64,000 bases of DNA from positions 1,408,001-1,472,000 of the forward strand of contig CBDCDS010000003.1 in assembly GCA_965215365.1 (NCBI GenBank). Direction: 5' to 3'. Shown here one piece after another: positions 21,412 through 33,548 of the stretch. The position numbers and the translations under genes are program-made. The DNA is from Gammaproteobacteria bacterium. GTDB lineage: Bacteria > Pseudomonadota > Gammaproteobacteria > Eutrophobiales > Eutrophobiaceae. Numbering within the stretch: position 1 is the stretch's first letter; each line of letters opens with the position of its first letter. The notes below the pieces were generated by a model, which was not told where the DNA came from, made no database searches, and saw only the letters and a program-made list of their open reading frames with translations.

Positions 21412-22791
21412 TCAAAGCCAGGATAATTTTTCGTGCAGTTTTACTACTTCGCCGATGATGATCATGGATGGAGGTTTGATTTCCTGTCGGGCGACGATGT
21501 TGGCTAAGGTGGCGACGGAACCGAGGTGGACGCGCTGGTCCGGGGTGGTGCCTTGCTGCACGATGGCGGCGGGCAGGTGCGGCTGCATTCCCTGTTCCAA
21601 CAGGCTCTGTTGCAGCACCTCGACCGCCTTGATGCCCATGTAGATAGCGAGTGTCTGTTTTGGTTGCAGCAGCGCCGGCCAATTGAAATCCAGCTTGCCG
21701 TCCTTGAGGTGGCCGGTAACAAACAGGCAGGAATGGGCGAGCTCGCGGTGGGTCAGCGGAATACCGGCGTAAGCAGCACAGCCGCTGGCGGCGGTGATGC
21801 CCGGCACGACCTGGAACGGAATGCCGGCCGCAGCCAGTTCCTCAATTTCCTCGCCGCCGCGCCCGAAAATAAACGGATCGCCCCCCTTAAGGCGCAGCAC
21901 GCGCTGACCTTGTTGCGCCAGCCTGACCAGCATCTCGTTGAGTTCGGATTGCGGCACCGTGTGGCTGTCGTGCCGCTTGCCGACGTAAATCCGCGCTGCA
22001 TCCTTGCGGGCCAGGTCCACTATGGCGGGAGAGACGAGCCGGTCGTACAACACCACATCGGCTTGTTGCATCAGCCGCAGGGCGCGAAACGTAAGCAAGT
22101 CCGGGTCACCGGGCCCGCCGCCGACGAGATAAACCTCGCCACCCTTGAGGTCAGCCGGGTCAGTGTTTTCCAGCGCCCGTTCCAGCGCTTCCAGCGCCGC
22201 TTGCTCGCGGCCGCCAAACAGCAGCTCGGCCACCGGCCCCTGCAAGATGTTTTCCCAGAAACGACGGCGCTCGCGAAATTCCGGGAAACGTTGTTTTACC
22301 CGCCCGCGTAACTCCCGCACCACCGTAGCCAGCCGCCCGTAGCTCGCCGGTATCAGGGTTTCCAGTTTGGTCCGCAACAACCGCGCCAGCACCGGCGAGG
22401 CCCCACCTGTGGACACCGCGACCTGCACCGGGTCCCGATCCACCACAGAAGGCATGATGAAGCTGCACAAAGCCGGGCTGTCAACCACGTTTACCGGTAC
22501 CTGTGCAGCCCTGGCGGCTGCGGCGACATCACGATTGACCTGCTCGTCGTCCGTGGCGGCAATCACCAGTGCACAACCATTAACATCCTGTGCCCGGAAC
22601 GCTCTGGCTTCATGCCGCACCTGGCCCTGCTGTGTCAGAGCTTCAACCTCGGTGCTGGCACGAGGCGCAACAAGTGTCAGGTCAGCCTGGGCGCGCAGCA
22701 GTTGCTGTGCCTTTCTTGCGGCTACCTCACCACCACCGACTACCAGACAGCGACGCTCACGGAGGTCCAGAAAAATTGGAAAATACCGCAT
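21412..22791 (-). CDS. cysG: Siroheme synthase
   Basis: [11 protein letters not shown] dehydrogenase part plus [13 protein letters not shown] and [16 protein letters not shown] methyltransferase part. Confidence 0.96.
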   Translation of the reverse strand: MRYFPIFLDLRERRCLVVGGGEVAARKAQQLLRAQADLTLVAPRASTEVEALTQQGQVRHEARAFRAQDVNGCALVIAATDDEQVNRDVAAAARAAQVPVNVVDSPALCSFIMPSVVDRDPVQVAVSTGGASPVLARLLRTKLETLIPASYGRLATVVRELRGRVKQRFPEFRERRRFWENILQGPVAELLFGGREQAALEALERALENTDPADLKGGEVYLVGGGPGDPDLLTFRALRLMQQADVVLYDRLVSPAIVDLARKDAARIYVGKRHDSHTVPQSELNEMLVRLAQQGQRVLRLKGGDPFIFGRGGEEIEELAAAGIPFQVVPGITAASGCAAYAGIPLTHRELAHSCLFVTGHLKDGKLDFNWPALLQPKQTLAIYMGIKAVEVLQQSLLEQGMQPHLPAAIVQQGTTPDQRVHLGSVATLANIVARQEIKPPSMIIIGEVVKLHEKLSWL

Positions 22792-22803
22792 TGGCCGGCA
22801 CCG

Positions 22804-23415
22804 TTACCTGAACAACCTGTCGCGGTTGGAATGATAGTAATTCAATGTATGCTCCACTGCGCGAATGACCCCGCGCTGGCTGGAGGTGGCGCCACTGATA
22901 TGGTCGAAGTCACCGCCACCCTGGGTTGTTGCCCAGGCGCCGCTGGGCGTGTTGTCCAGGGAACGACTATTGAAGCCGAGTATCCAGGGAGAATTAGTCT
23001 GGTGCACCTGATCCCCCAGGCCGCGTGTTTCCCGGTGTTGCAAGACCCTGACGCCGGCGACTGTGCCGTCGTAACGAATACCTATGGCCAGTTCCATGGC
23101 GCCGTTGTAACCCCTGCTCCTGACCGGATTGAATAACAGGCCCACGGGCTTTCCGCCGCGCCGGGCACGATACACTTCGGTTGCCGCCTGCGTACCGAAC
23201 CAGGTCGGCATGTTGACACCAATCCGGTCTGCAAGCAGGTCATTATCGTATGCAAGCGGCAACACTTCGGCGCTGAGCTCGAGGACGGGCAAGCGCTTGT
23301 TGCGCGTGATGGTATCCTCAAAATAATTCCCCAAGGCATAAATGCCCAGTATCGCGACACAGCAGATGAACAGCAACGGCAACGTGTTAAGCAGCAGCGG
23401 CTTTCTGGCAGGCAT
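22804..23415 (-). CDS. rnfG: Rnf/Rsx complex subunit G
   Basis: GYNG, HRETRGLGD, FDHISGAT (FMN-Thr motif). Confidence 0.9.
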   Translation of the reverse strand: MPARKPLLLNTLPLLFICCVAILGIYALGNYFEDTITRNKRLPVLELSAEVLPLAYDNDLLADRIGVNMPTWFGTQAATEVYRARRGGKPVGLLFNPVRSRGYNGAMELAIGIRYDGTVAGVRVLQHRETRGLGDQVHQTNSPWILGFNSRSLDNTPSGAWATTQGGGDFDHISGATSSQRGVIRAVEHTLNYYHSNRDRLFR

Positions 23416-24506
23416 TATTTTTCTCCCGCCGCGCCATGCTCTGCAGGCTGCGTCTGCTGCTGGCGTCGCGGTGTGGCTCCGAATATGTCGAGTTGAGCTA
23501 AAGGAGCATCAGGCCGGGTCGTCAGGTCAATCAACGGGACAAAAACATTGGCGAGCAGCACCGCAAAAGCGACTCCGTCCGGGTACACGCCCCAGTTGCG
23601 CAACAGGCAGATCAGCACGCCGATGAGGGCGCCATAGAGCAGGCGTCCGCGCCGGGTGGTGGGCGCAGTAACCGGATCCGTCGCAATAAAAAAGGCGCAG
23701 AGCATGGTGCCACCGCTGAACAGGTGGAACAACGGCCCGGCATGGATGTTCGGGTCATACAGGTGCAGCAACGAACTGCCCAGAAAAATACCGGCCAGCA
23801 CCGCTACCGGAATCTGCCACTTGATAACGCCGCGCAGCAGCAGGTAAGCACCGCCCGACAGAAACAGGAGATTGATCCATTCCCAGCCGGCACTGCCGAG
23901 ATACCCGAATAACGGCGAGGTATTGATCTCCGGCACCATCTCCATCAGTTCCAGGCGGCTTTTGAGTTCATCCAGGGCCGTGGCCCCGCTCAACATGTCC
24001 GGTGCCGTGCCCGGCGCCGGGAAAATGCCATGCAAGTACGCGCCGATACCCTGACCGATGCCCTGAGCAGACCACTGCGGCCAGCTATTCATCGGTACCG
24101 GAAAACAGATTAACACGAAGGCAAACCCGGCCATGGCAGGGTTGAAGATGTTATAACCGATGCCGCCAAAAACATGCTTGCAGAGGATGATTGCGAAGGC
24201 GATCCCGCACAGGCAAACCCACCAGGGCGCGGCCGGCGGGATGCTGAGGGCAAATAGCAGGGCGGTGACTACGGCACTGCCGTCGCGCAGGAACGGTGCC
24301 GGATTACGCCGCCGCAGCCTGAGTAAGACCCACTCAAACAACAGGGCGAAGGTTACGGCCAGGATACACTGGATCAAAATGCCAGGGCCAAACAGCCAGA
24401 CATAGCAGAGCAGGCCCGGGACCAGCGCCAGGCATACATCCGCCATCACCTTGCTGACGGAACTGCCGTCGTGCCAGTGGGGCGCGGCACCGGGTTTGTC
24501 GGCCAT
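23415..24506 (-). CDS. rnfD: Rnf/Rsx complex subunit D
   Basis: KHVFGGIGYNIFNPAM, SGAT, FFIATDPVT, YPDGVAFAVLLAN. Confidence 0.93.
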   Translation of the reverse strand: MADKPGAAPHWHDGSSVSKVMADVCLALVPGLLCYVWLFGPGILIQCILAVTFALLFEWVLLRLRRRNPAPFLRDGSAVVTALLFALSIPPAAPWWVCLCGIAFAIILCKHVFGGIGYNIFNPAMAGFAFVLICFPVPMNSWPQWSAQGIGQGIGAYLHGIFPAPGTAPDMLSGATALDELKSRLELMEMVPEINTSPLFGYLGSAGWEWINLLFLSGGAYLLLRGVIKWQIPVAVLAGIFLGSSLLHLYDPNIHAGPLFHLFSGGTMLCAFFIATDPVTAPTTRRGRLLYGALIGVLICLLRNWGVYPDGVAFAVLLANVFVPLIDLTTRPDAPLAQLDIFGATPRRQQQTQPAEHGAAGEK

Positions 24507-26044
24507 TAACGCGCCTCCCCATCCGTTGTGAGCCGCTGTTGCCGCTTCGCTCGGCTGCGCGCCAGCGCGGCTTGCACGTAAGACTTTTTTGCGCGCCTTG
24601 AGTCCTGATCAGAGTCACCGCCAGGCAGTGGCGTGTCAGCCCGGGCCGCGCGCGCGGCATGTTTCAAACGCTCGTTCTTAAGGGTAAAACGCTGGCGCAA
24701 ATGCTCTGCGCCGCGACGGTGTTCCTGGTCGAGGGTAATCCGGGATTTGGCGCGCCGATAATAGTCAACCAGGGGGATGTGGCTGGGGCAGGTATACGCG
24801 CAACAGCCACACTCTGTACAATCGAACAGGCGATAGGCTCGGGCCTGCTCGAACGCTTGTGAACGGGCGAACCAGTACAACTGCTGCGGCAGCAACTGTT
24901 CCGGACAAACGTCGGCACAATCACCGCAACGGATACAGGGCATTTCCGGTTGCGCCGGCGTGTTTTCTTCGATGATGATGCAGTTGGTCGTCTTGATCAC
25001 CGGCATGTTGGGAGTCGTCACGTGTACGCCCATCATGGGGCCGCCGATAATGACCTTGTTCTCCGCGCGGCGCTGATAGCCGCAGGTCGCAAGGCAATCC
25101 TCGACCGGCGTGCCGAGCAGGACTTGCAGGTTGATCGGGTTGTCCACTTTGCCCGTCACCGTCACGTAACGCGACACGATGGGCTCGCCGCGCGTGACCG
25201 CCCGATACACCGCCGCTGCGGTAGCCACGTTATGGATAACTATGCCGAGGTGAATCGGCAGCCCGCCGCTGGGCACGTCCTTGCCGGTCAGTGTTTTAAT
25301 GAGTTGATTCTCGCCACCGGCAGGGTAGCGGGTAGGCACCTTCACCAGTTCTAGGTCATCATCCACCAGTCCGGCCAGGGCCTGATAGGCCAGTTCCATG
25401 TCGTCCTCCAGCGCAAGCACGCAGTGTTTGGCCTGCACCGCGTGGCGGATCATGCGCGCGCCGGACACCACGTAGCTGGCTTTTTCCTGTATTAGCCGAT
25501 CGTCACAGGTGATGTGCGGTTCACATTCAACACCGTTGATGATTAAGGTATCGACTGCGTTCTCCACGCCCTCCATGAGTTTGACGTGGGCCGGAAAACC
25601 GGCGCCACCGAGGCCGACTATGCCGCAATCCCTGATCAATTCCTGCAACCTGACCGGCTCAATACGGTCGTATTGCTCCGTAGGCCGGATGTCGAACCAG
25701 GCGTCGTTGCCATCGGGTTCCAGGACCATGCACGGCGCTGTGCTTATGGTAGGATGAGGTACGGGATACAGCCCGATATCCACTATCGTCCCGGAGGTGC
25801 TGGCGTGTACCGGAACGCTGACGTAACCGTCGGCGCGGGCAATGATCTGGCCCTTCAACACCCGCTCACCGGTACTGACTACCGGCGCTGCGGAGGCGCC
25901 GACATGCTGTTGCAAGGGCAGGAACATACGCTCCGGCAGCGGATGCAGGATGGATTTCTTCCGATCCGTGATCTCTTTGTGCGGTTGTAACGACAATCCG
26001 CCCGAAAAATCGTGTAACTCACGCATGCGGTCGCGTTTCCGCAT
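24506..26044 (-). CDS. rnfC: Rnf/Rsx complex subunit C
   Basis: [29 protein letters not shown] and [13 protein letters not shown]. Confidence 0.94.
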   Translation of the reverse strand: MRKRDRMRELHDFSGGLSLQPHKEITDRKKSILHPLPERMFLPLQQHVGASAAPVVSTGERVLKGQIIARADGYVSVPVHASTSGTIVDIGLYPVPHPTISTAPCMVLEPDGNDAWFDIRPTEQYDRIEPVRLQELIRDCGIVGLGGAGFPAHVKLMEGVENAVDTLIINGVECEPHITCDDRLIQEKASYVVSGARMIRHAVQAKHCVLALEDDMELAYQALAGLVDDDLELVKVPTRYPAGGENQLIKTLTGKDVPSGGLPIHLGIVIHNVATAAAVYRAVTRGEPIVSRYVTVTGKVDNPINLQVLLGTPVEDCLATCGYQRRAENKVIIGGPMMGVHVTTPNMPVIKTTNCIIIEENTPAQPEMPCIRCGDCADVCPEQLLPQQLYWFARSQAFEQARAYRLFDCTECGCCAYTCPSHIPLVDYYRRAKSRITLDQEHRRGAEHLRQRFTLKNERLKHAARAARADTPLPGGDSDQDSRRAKKSYVQAALARSRAKRQQRLTTDGEAR

Positions 26045-26567
26045 AAGGGCGCCGCTGCAACTCAGGCGCTCCGGCAGGCGCGGCGGGCTCCATGCTGATG
26101 CAATCTACCGGGCAGGGAGGCAGGCACAGCTTGCAGCCGGTGCAATATTCCGGCATGACTGCATGGAGTTGTCTGGCACTGCCGACAATGGCGTCCACGG
26201 GACAAGCAACGATACATTTGACACAGCCGATGCAGGTCTCCTCATCAATCCGCGCCACGGCGCGCGACAACGGCGCTGGCGGCGCATGTTGCGCGGCTTT
26301 CCCCAGCAGCAGTTCCAGCTTGTGCACGGTGGTGTCGCCGCCGGGTGGACACAGGTTAAGGGGCGCGTCTTGTGCAACGATGGCGCGGGCGTAAGGCCGG
26401 CAACCGGGATAACCGCAATCGCCGCATTGAGTCTGTGGCAGCAGCGCGTCCACCGCGTCGATGGCCGCCGCCGGCGCGCGCCGGCCCTGCCTCGTTACGG
26501 ATGACGCTTGTACCCACAACAGCGCCGGCAAGTACAGCGCCAGGGTCGCAATGATCAGTACCAGCAT
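26019..26567 (-). CDS. rnfB: Rnf/Rsx complex subunit B
   Basis: [19 protein letters not shown] and two CxxCxxCxxxCP ferredoxin motifs. Confidence 0.92.
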   Translation of the reverse strand: MLVLIIATLALYLPALLWVQASSVTRQGRRAPAAAIDAVDALLPQTQCGDCGYPGCRPYARAIVAQDAPLNLCPPGGDTTVHKLELLLGKAAQHAPPAPLSRAVARIDEETCIGCVKCIVACPVDAIVGSARQLHAVMPEYCTGCKLCLPPCPVDCISMEPAAPAGAPELQRRPYAETRPHA

Positions 26568-26592
26568 GAGGGATGCCCGACCTCCGGTTAAC

Positions 26593-27171
26593 TCAAGGAA
26601 CCATGCCGGTAAAGATAGAGAATGCCAGCGAGATGAGTCCCAGAGTCATCATTTGCACCGGCAAACCCTTGAATGGGGCAGGTAAGTCAGTCACGGCCAG
26701 ACGCAGGTTAATCGCAGTGAAACCCAGCAACACCAGCGCATAACCCGAACCAGCCCCGGCGCCATAGGCCAGCGCGCCGAACAGTCCAAAGTGCCGGGGG
26801 GCGGTGAGCAGCATGACACCCAACAGCAGACAGTTCATCAGCAACAGCGGATAAAACCTGCCATCACGGTCGAACAGCCGGGGTAAATATCTGCCGGGCA
26901 CCAGTCGCGCCGTCTGGCAGACGCCGGCTACACTCATAACCAGGATAAGCAACCGGTAATTTTCCAGCTGCAGGGGGGCGATCAGCAGCTGTTCCAGCAA
27001 CCAGACCACGCACGCCACCAGCATGGTAATGCCGGTGACAGCGAGTGCCATATCCAGGGCGATGTCGAGCCGTTGCGCCGCCGCCAGCACCGGGGTCGCG
27101 CCCAGCAGGTGGTCGGTGACCAGATTATTGGCCAGACAGGCCGCCGGCAGGATGAGCAGGAGTTCAGTCAT
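26593..27171 (-). CDS. rnfA: Rnf/Rsx complex subunit A (divergent)
   Basis: Hydrophobic; [26 protein letters not shown]; first gene of the cluster after metG. Confidence 0.82.
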   Translation of the reverse strand: MTELLLILPAACLANNLVTDHLLGATPVLAAAQRLDIALDMALAVTGITMLVACVVWLLEQLLIAPLQLENYRLLILVMSVAGVCQTARLVPGRYLPRLFDRDGRFYPLLLMNCLLLGVMLLTAPRHFGLFGALAYGAGAGSGYALVLLGFTAINLRLAVTDLPAPFKGLPVQMMTLGLISLAFSIFTGMVP

Positions 27172-27192
27172 AGCCCGCAGCTCTCACCCAGT

Positions 27193-29280
27193 TTACTTCA
27201 CCCTCATGCCGGGTTGGGCACCGGGGTCGGGGCTGAGCAGGAACAGTTCCTTGCCGCCGGGTCCCGCGGCCAGCGCCATGCCTTCGGAGACGCCAAAACG
27301 CATCTTGCGGGGCGCCAGATTAGCAACCATGACCGTGCGTCTGCCAATCAGGTCTTCGGGCCGGTAAGCGCTCTTGATCCCGGCGAACACGTTCCTGGTC
27401 TCGCCGCCTAAGTCCAGGGTCAGTTGCAGCAATTTATCTGCGCCCTCAACCTGCGCAGCTGCGGTGACAGTCGCCACGCGCAGGTCCAGTTTGGCAAAAT
27501 CATCGAAGGTTATCTGCGCGGCGATGGGATCATCCGTCAGGTACTTGCTCCCTGGCCCTACACCGTTGTCAACAGCATGCTCAGCCGCGGCCTGCTGCGT
27601 ATCAACAGTTCCGCCAGTAGTCCCGGCTCCCAGGCCTTGCGTGCTGGCGGCGACTACTGCGTCGATGCGCGCCTGCTCCACCCGGGTCAGCAACGGCTTG
27701 AATTTTCTGATCGAGTGATCCAGCAACGGCGTCTCCAGGTCGCTCCACAGCATCGGTTCAACGCCAAGGAACTCCTCGGCGCGCCGGGTCAGGCCGGGTA
27801 ATACCGGCTTTAAGTAGATAATGAGGATGCGGAACAGGTTCAACCCCAGCGAACAGACCTGTTGCAGTTCCGGCTGCCGGTCATCCTGTTTGGCTATTTC
27901 CCAGGGTTTGTGCCGGTCGATATACTGGTTTGCGCGGTCGGCCAGGGCCATGATGGCGCGCATGGCGCGGGCATACTCTCGCGCTTCATAGTCCGCAGCA
28001 ATGGCCGGGCCGGCCTCGGAAAATGCTTGCAGCAGCGGTTCGTCATGGATGTTTGCGGCCAGTCTGCCGCCAAAACGTTTGTGGATGAATCCGGCGCAGC
28101 GACTGGCGACATTGACGACCTTGCCGACCAGGTCGGCGTTCACGCGCTGGCGGAAGTCCTCCAGGTTCAGGTCGATATCGTCCACGCCACTGCCGGATTT
28201 GGCGGCAAAGTAATAGCGCAGGTATTCCGGGTCCAAGTGCTCCAGCCAGGTGGCGGCGTTGATAAAGGTGCCGCGGGATTTGGACATTTTCTGGCCGTTC
28301 ACGGTCAAGAAGCCATGCACGAACACGTTATTGGGCAGACGATGGCCACTGCCGCGCAGCAGAGCCGGCCAGAACAAGGTATGGAAATACATGATGTCCT
28401 TGCCGATGAAATGGTACATTTCGGCGTCGCTGTCGGCGCTGATGTACTCGGCCACATCCCGCCCCTGCCGGTCCAGCAGGTTCTTCAGGCTGGCGAAATA
28501 ACCCATGGGGGCATCTACCCAAACGTAGAAATATTTGCCCGGCGCGCCGGGGATCTGAAAGCCGAAATACGGCTCATCACGGGAAATGTCCCATTCCCTC
28601 AGGCCCGCCTCGAACCATTCGTCCAGCTTGTTGGCGACCTCGGCTTGCAGGTGTCCGGCGCTGATCCAGTCGCGTAATTCGGTTTCAAACGCCGGTAAAT
28701 CAAAGAAATAATGCTCGGATTCCCGCTCCACCGGAGTCGCCCCGGACACGGAAGACACCGGGTTGATCAAGTCGGTGGGCGTATAGGTACGGTTACAGAC
28801 CTCGCAACTGTCACCGTACTGGTCGGCGGCGCCACAGAACGGGCATTCACCGCGGATGAAACGATCGGGCAGGAACATCTGCTTGACCGGATCATAGAAC
28901 TGGCGAATAGCGCGGCGTTTGATATGTCCGGCGGCATCAAGACGAGCATAAATCGCCTCGGCCACTTCCCGGTTCTCCTCGGAATGGGTGGTATGGAAGT
29001 TGTCGAACCCGATTTCGAAGCCGGCATAATCGCGCGTATGTTCGGCGTGGACGCGTTCGATTAACTGTTCCGGGCTGAGCCCCTGGCGGTCCGCGCTGAG
29101 CATGATGGGCGTGCCGTGAGCGTCGTTGGCGCAGAGGTACAGGCAATCGTGACCACGCAGTTTCTGGAAGCGCACCCAGATATCCGTCTGAATTGCCTCT
29201 AACAGGTGACCGATGTGGAGCGACCCGTTGGCATAGGGCAGGGCGCTGGTGACAAAAATTTTACGCTGTGGTGTTATCAT
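27193..29280 (-). CDS. metG: Methionyl-tRNA synthetase
   Basis: HIGH, KMSKS, Zn knuckle and C-terminal tRNA-binding domain. Confidence 0.98.
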   Translation of the reverse strand: MITPQRKIFVTSALPYANGSLHIGHLLEAIQTDIWVRFQKLRGHDCLYLCANDAHGTPIMLSADRQGLSPEQLIERVHAEHTRDYAGFEIGFDNFHTTHSEENREVAEAIYARLDAAGHIKRRAIRQFYDPVKQMFLPDRFIRGECPFCGAADQYGDSCEVCNRTYTPTDLINPVSSVSGATPVERESEHYFFDLPAFETELRDWISAGHLQAEVANKLDEWFEAGLREWDISRDEPYFGFQIPGAPGKYFYVWVDAPMGYFASLKNLLDRQGRDVAEYISADSDAEMYHFIGKDIMYFHTLFWPALLRGSGHRLPNNVFVHGFLTVNGQKMSKSRGTFINAATWLEHLDPEYLRYYFAAKSGSGVDDIDLNLEDFRQRVNADLVGKVVNVASRCAGFIHKRFGGRLAANIHDEPLLQAFSEAGPAIAADYEAREYARAMRAIMALADRANQYIDRHKPWEIAKQDDRQPELQQVCSLGLNLFRILIIYLKPVLPGLTRRAEEFLGVEPMLWSDLETPLLDHSIRKFKPLLTRVEQARIDAVVAASTQGLGAGTTGGTVDTQQAAAEHAVDNGVGPGSKYLTDDPIAAQITFDDFAKLDLRVATVTAAAQVEGADKLLQLTLDLGGETRNVFAGIKSAYRPEDLIGRRTVMVANLAPRKMRFGVSEGMALAAGPGGKELFLLSPDPGAQPGMRVK

Positions 29281-29295
29281 CTTTTTCTAGTTCAA

Positions 29296-29449
29296 GGAAC
29301 CTCTAAAAATGCCCTCCGTGGCCTTTTTAAGGACGGATAACGGAAAAATGCGATTTTCCGCTTCCGTCATTTTCAAGCACGTACGTGCTTGCTGTTACTG
29401 GCAGCATGTCCTTATGCTGCACGGCCACCTCTAATTTTTAGAGGTGGCC
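29296..29449 (+). mobile_element. MITE family 1, full-length copy (about 150 bp)
   Basis: Ends GGAACCTCTAAAAAT...ATTTTTAGAGGTGGCC; colinear with 63596-63746 and reverse of 63026-63176; several internal hairpins. Confidence 0.82.
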
Positions 29450-29505
29450 TCTACATGATAATGTGTTGTAGAATGCCCGTTTGATTACTGATATTGCAAA
29501 TACTC

Positions 29506-30597
29506 ATGCCGAATACAAGTCCTGAATCAGTCAAGACAATCCTGGCCGGGGTGGAGGATGTCAACCTGGAAAAAGATCTGGTCTCCGCGGAAATGGTCAA
29601 GGACATTCAAGTCAGTGGAGATAATATCAGAATTTCCCTGCAAATGGGTTACCCGGCGCAGGGCTATGTCGATACGCTGCGGGACGATATTGCCGGGCGC
29701 CTGCGCCAAATCCCCGGCGTGAAGGACATTGAGCTTGAGGTCGATACCGATATTCGCGCGCATGCGGTGCAGCGCGGCGTAAGACCCATAGACAGCGTGA
29801 AGAACACTATCGCAGTGGCTTCCGGCAAGGGCGGCGTGGGTAAGTCAACCACCGCAGTCAATCTGGCCCTGGCGCTGCACGCAGAGGGGGCAAAAACAGG
29901 CATCCTGGATGCGGACATCTACGGACCCAGCCAGCCGCGGATGCTTGGCTGTCGGGCCAAACCGGACAGCCACGACGGTAAATCGATAGAACCGAACGTC
30001 AGCTACCACCTGCAATCCATGTCCATCGGCTACCTGGTGAACGAGGAGACGCCGATGATCTGGCGCGGCCCCATGGTGACCTCGGCGCTGGAGCAGATGC
30101 TGGGCGACACCAACTGGTCGGACCTGGACTACCTGATCATCGACCTGCCGCCGGGCACCGGCGACATTCAGTTGACGCTGTGCCAGAAAATCCCCGTATC
30201 GGGCGCCGTCATCGTTACCACACCCCAGGACATTGCCCTGCTCGACGCCCGCAAAGGCTTGAAGATGTTTGAAAAAGTCGAAGTGCCAGTGCTGGGCATC
30301 ATAGAAAACATGAGCACTCATATCTGCGGTCAGTGTGGCCACGAGGAACCTATTTTCGGCAGTGGCGGCGGGCAACAGATGGCGGAACAGTATGATGTGG
30401 ACCTGCTCGGCTCTCTGCCTCTGGACCTGAGCATCCGCGAAGCCGCCGACAACGGCCGGCCGACTGTGGCCATGGCGCCGGACTCGCCGCTGGCGGCAAC
30501 CTACCGGGCCATCTCCCGCAAGGCTGCGGCAAAACTGTCGCTGCGGGCCAAGGATTACAGCGCCAGCTTCCCCAGGATTGTGGTCGAGAATGCCTGA
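29506..30597 (+). CDS. apbC: Fe-S cluster carrier ApbC/Mrp
   Basis: GKGGVGKST, DADIYGPS, DLPPGTGD, ENMS..CxxC; divergent from metG. Confidence 0.95.
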   Translation: MPNTSPESVKTILAGVEDVNLEKDLVSAEMVKDIQVSGDNIRISLQMGYPAQGYVDTLRDDIAGRLRQIPGVKDIELEVDTDIRAHAVQRGVRPIDSVKNTIAVASGKGGVGKSTTAVNLALALHAEGAKTGILDADIYGPSQPRMLGCRAKPDSHDGKSIEPNVSYHLQSMSIGYLVNEETPMIWRGPMVTSALEQMLGDTNWSDLDYLIIDLPPGTGDIQLTLCQKIPVSGAVIVTTPQDIALLDARKGLKMFEKVEVPVLGIIENMSTHICGQCGHEEPIFGSGGGQQMAEQYDVDLLGSLPLDLSIREAADNGRPTVAMAPDSPLAATYRAISRKAAAKLSLRAKDYSASFPRIVVENA

Positions 30598-31164
30598 ATG
30601 CCGGTCAAGAGCGATAAATGGATTCGGGAAATGGCCGCCAGTCAGGGGATGATTGAACCTTTTGCCCCGGGGCAGATCAAATGTAATGGCGCCACGCCCC
30701 TGATCTCCTATGGCACCTCCAGTTATGGCTACGACATGCGCTGCTCGGATGAATTCAAGATCTTCACCAATATCAACTCCGCCGTCGTCGACCCGAAGAA
30801 CTTTGACAAGAACAGTTTCGTGGACTTCAAGGGTGATGTGTGCATCATTCCACCCAATTCCTTCGCCCTAGCCAGCACCGTCGAGTATTTTCGCATTCCC
30901 CGGGACATACTGACGATATGTCTGGGGAAATCCACTTACGCCCGCTGTGGCATTATCGTCAACGTCACCCCGTTGGAACCGGAATGGGAAGGACATGTGA
31001 CCCTGGAATTTTCCAATACCTCGCCGTTACCGGCGAAGATCTATGCCAATGAAGGGGTTGCCCAGGTGATTTTCCTGCAATCCGATGATGCTTGTGAGAC
31101 CTCCTACCGCGACCGCAAGGGTAAGTACCAGGGCCAGACCGGGGTGACACTTCCCAAAACATGA
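30598..31164 (+). CDS. dcd: dCTP deaminase (housekeeping)
   Basis: [37 protein letters not shown]. Confidence 0.96.
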   Translation: MPVKSDKWIREMAASQGMIEPFAPGQIKCNGATPLISYGTSSYGYDMRCSDEFKIFTNINSAVVDPKNFDKNSFVDFKGDVCIIPPNSFALASTVEYFRIPRDILTICLGKSTYARCGIIVNVTPLEPEWEGHVTLEFSNTSPLPAKIYANEGVAQVIFLQSDDACETSYRDRKGKYQGQTGVTLPKT

Positions 31165-33548
31165 CAAGCACGAGCAACATTGCGCAGACCGTGTTACCAC
31201 TGCCGGGCAGGCGGGGTTGCGGTGCAATGCCGCGCCGCTGCTGCGTTTACACGGGCATGGTAGTGGGGCTGCTGCTGCTGGGCACCGCCTCAGTGCTGGC
31301 GCAGCAGGCATCCGGCGGTCGCGGCCTGCAGTGCCCGGTGGTATTCCAGGTGCCCGCACGCCCGGTCATTGACGTTGAACTGGAACCGGGCGACACGTAT
31401 ATCAACGCCGCTGCCATAGACCATGCCGAGACCGGCAACGCGCGCCTTGAAGGCAACGTGGAAATGTCCACAGATAACTGGCAAGCGCGTGCAGACCAGG
31501 CTGACTATAACAGTGACGAGAGTATTCTCGACTTGTCTGGCGACGTGAAATTTTGGGAAGGGAGTCTGTTCATCAGCGGTGCTGGCGCCCGCGTCGATAC
31601 TGCGAACAGCACTGCGACCCTGATCGAAGCCGAGTACTATCTGCCGGATAACGCCGCGCGTGGCAGTGCCGCCGAGTTATTTCTGGACCCCGGCGTCTCG
31701 ACCTCCGGGGAAGGTATGTTGTTCACCACCTGCGCGCCAGAACATAGCGGGGAGCTGGAGGAGAACTTCTGGAGTATCAGTGCCCGCACATTAGTTCTGG
31801 ACCATGCTGCGGAGCGTGGCTCAGGCAGGGATATCGTTTTGAAGATCAAAGATATACCGGTCTTCTATTCGCCTTACTTCACTTTTCCCCTAGACCGGTC
31901 GCGCAAGACCGGCTTCCTCGCGCCCGGCATCGGCAAGAACAGTCACGGCGGTTTTGAAACCCGCTTCCCCTACTACTGGAATATCTCGCCGAACATGGAT
32001 GCAACCTTAACGCCCAGAGTGCTTGCCAACAGCGGCATGATGGGGATGCTGGAATACCGTTATCTGCTCCAACGCGGTGAGGGCTCGGTCAATCTGGAAT
32101 ATCTGCCCGGTGACGTCGGCTTTAGCGATCGTGACCGTAGTATGATCAACATTGAACTGAACCAGAGCTTTCTTGAGCGCGGTCAGCTTTATGTGGAATA
32201 CAACCGGGCTTCAGACCCCGAATACCTGGAAGATTTCGGCACCGACCTGTCTATCTCCAGTACCCGCTACCTGCCGCGCCGCGCCGACCTGACGTATCAC
32301 GGCAACAACTGGAGCGTACTGGGTCGCCTGCACAGCTACCAAATCGTTGACCAGAGTATCGCGGTGGCCTCCAGACCATACAAAAACCTGCCCCGGGTGC
32401 AGTTCCACTACCGACCAATGGCGGGCAACAATACGGTCAACCTTGACCTGAGGACAGATCTGACCTATTTCGACCGCACCGGCGAGGCCGGGGTCACCAT
32501 GGACGTAACCGGGTTCCGGGCGGATCTGTATCCCTCCGTCAGCTACCCGATACGCACCCAGGCCGCCTTCCTGGTCCCGAAGGTCGGCGTGCGCTATACC
32601 CAGTACAGCCTGGACCAGCAAGGTCCTTTTACCGAAAGCCCGAAGCGCGTCCTGCCCATAGCCAGCGTGGACAGCGGTATTTTCCTGGAGCGGGTGCTGC
32701 GGTTGCAAGACAACAGCTACCTGCACACGCTGGAACCCCGCTTGTTTTACCTGTACGTGCCCTACGATGACCAGGATGATTTGCCAGTGTTCGATTCCTC
32801 GGTCTTCAACCTGGACTATAACGCCTTGTTCCGGGAAAACCGGTTCAGCGGTTATGATCGCATTGGCGATACCAACCAGCTGACCCTGGCGCTGGGCAGT
32901 CGGCTGGTGAACCGGGAAACCGGCCGGCAAACCGCCTCCTTCCAGGTGGCTCAGTCGTTCTATTTGGACGACCAGGACATCATCCGCCAGATCCTGGGCG
33001 CGCAGGGGCAACTGGTCGATGTCGGCATACCGGAAACCGACCTGCTTTCGCCGTTGATCATCGAAGCAGCCGCTAACCTGCGTGATGATTTAACCCTGGG
33101 TGCTGAGATTTACTGGGACATCAACGATAATGTCACCCGGAAAATGGCTCTGACCGCGCAATACAACCCCGCCGGGCGCAAGGTTGTCAATGTGGCGTAC
33201 CGGGTAAGACGGGCCGAGACCGGCCAGATCCGGCGGCTACCGACAGACATAGAACAATCGGACGTATCCTTCAGTTGGCCGTTGACCAGCCGCTTGAACG
33301 CGGTGGGGCGTTGGAACTACGCCGTGTCCGAGGGGCGCACCTTGGACTTGTTTCTCGGTCTGGAATATGAGGGTTGTTGTTTTGCCGTCAAGGCCGTCAG
33401 CCGGCGCTTCCTGTCCAACCTGGACGGCGATTTCAACACCGGTATCTTTGTACAGTTACAACTGAAGGGGCTGGGCAGTATCGGCCAGCGCACCGCGGAA
33501 TTTCTGAACCATGCCATCCCCGGTTATGGCGACACACCGCTGCTATGA
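31161..33548 (+). CDS. lptD: LPS assembly protein LptD
   Basis: [46 protein letters not shown]; precedes surA. Start uncertain. Confidence 0.93.
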   Translation: MTSTSNIAQTVLPLPGRRGCGAMPRRCCVYTGMVVGLLLLGTASVLAQQASGGRGLQCPVVFQVPARPVIDVELEPGDTYINAAAIDHAETGNARLEGNVEMSTDNWQARADQADYNSDESILDLSGDVKFWEGSLFISGAGARVDTANSTATLIEAEYYLPDNAARGSAAELFLDPGVSTSGEGMLFTTCAPEHSGELEENFWSISARTLVLDHAAERGSGRDIVLKIKDIPVFYSPYFTFPLDRSRKTGFLAPGIGKNSHGGFETRFPYYWNISPNMDATLTPRVLANSGMMGMLEYRYLLQRGEGSVNLEYLPGDVGFSDRDRSMINIELNQSFLERGQLYVEYNRASDPEYLEDFGTDLSISSTRYLPRRADLTYHGNNWSVLGRLHSYQIVDQSIAVASRPYKNLPRVQFHYRPMAGNNTVNLDLRTDLTYFDRTGEAGVTMDVTGFRADLYPSVSYPIRTQAAFLVPKVGVRYTQYSLDQQGPFTESPKRVLPIASVDSGIFLERVLRLQDNSYLHTLEPRLFYLYVPYDDQDDLPVFDSSVFNLDYNALFRENRFSGYDRIGDTNQLTLALGSRLVNRETGRQTASFQVAQSFYLDDQDIIRQILGAQGQLVDVGIPETDLLSPLIIEAAANLRDDLTLGAEIYWDINDNVTRKMALTAQYNPAGRKVVNVAYRVRRAETGQIRRLPTDIEQSDVSFSWPLTSRLNAVGRWNYAVSEGRTLDLFLGLEYEGCCFAVKAVSRRFLSNLDGDFNTGIFVQLQLKGLGSIGQRTAEFLNHAIPGYGDTPLL

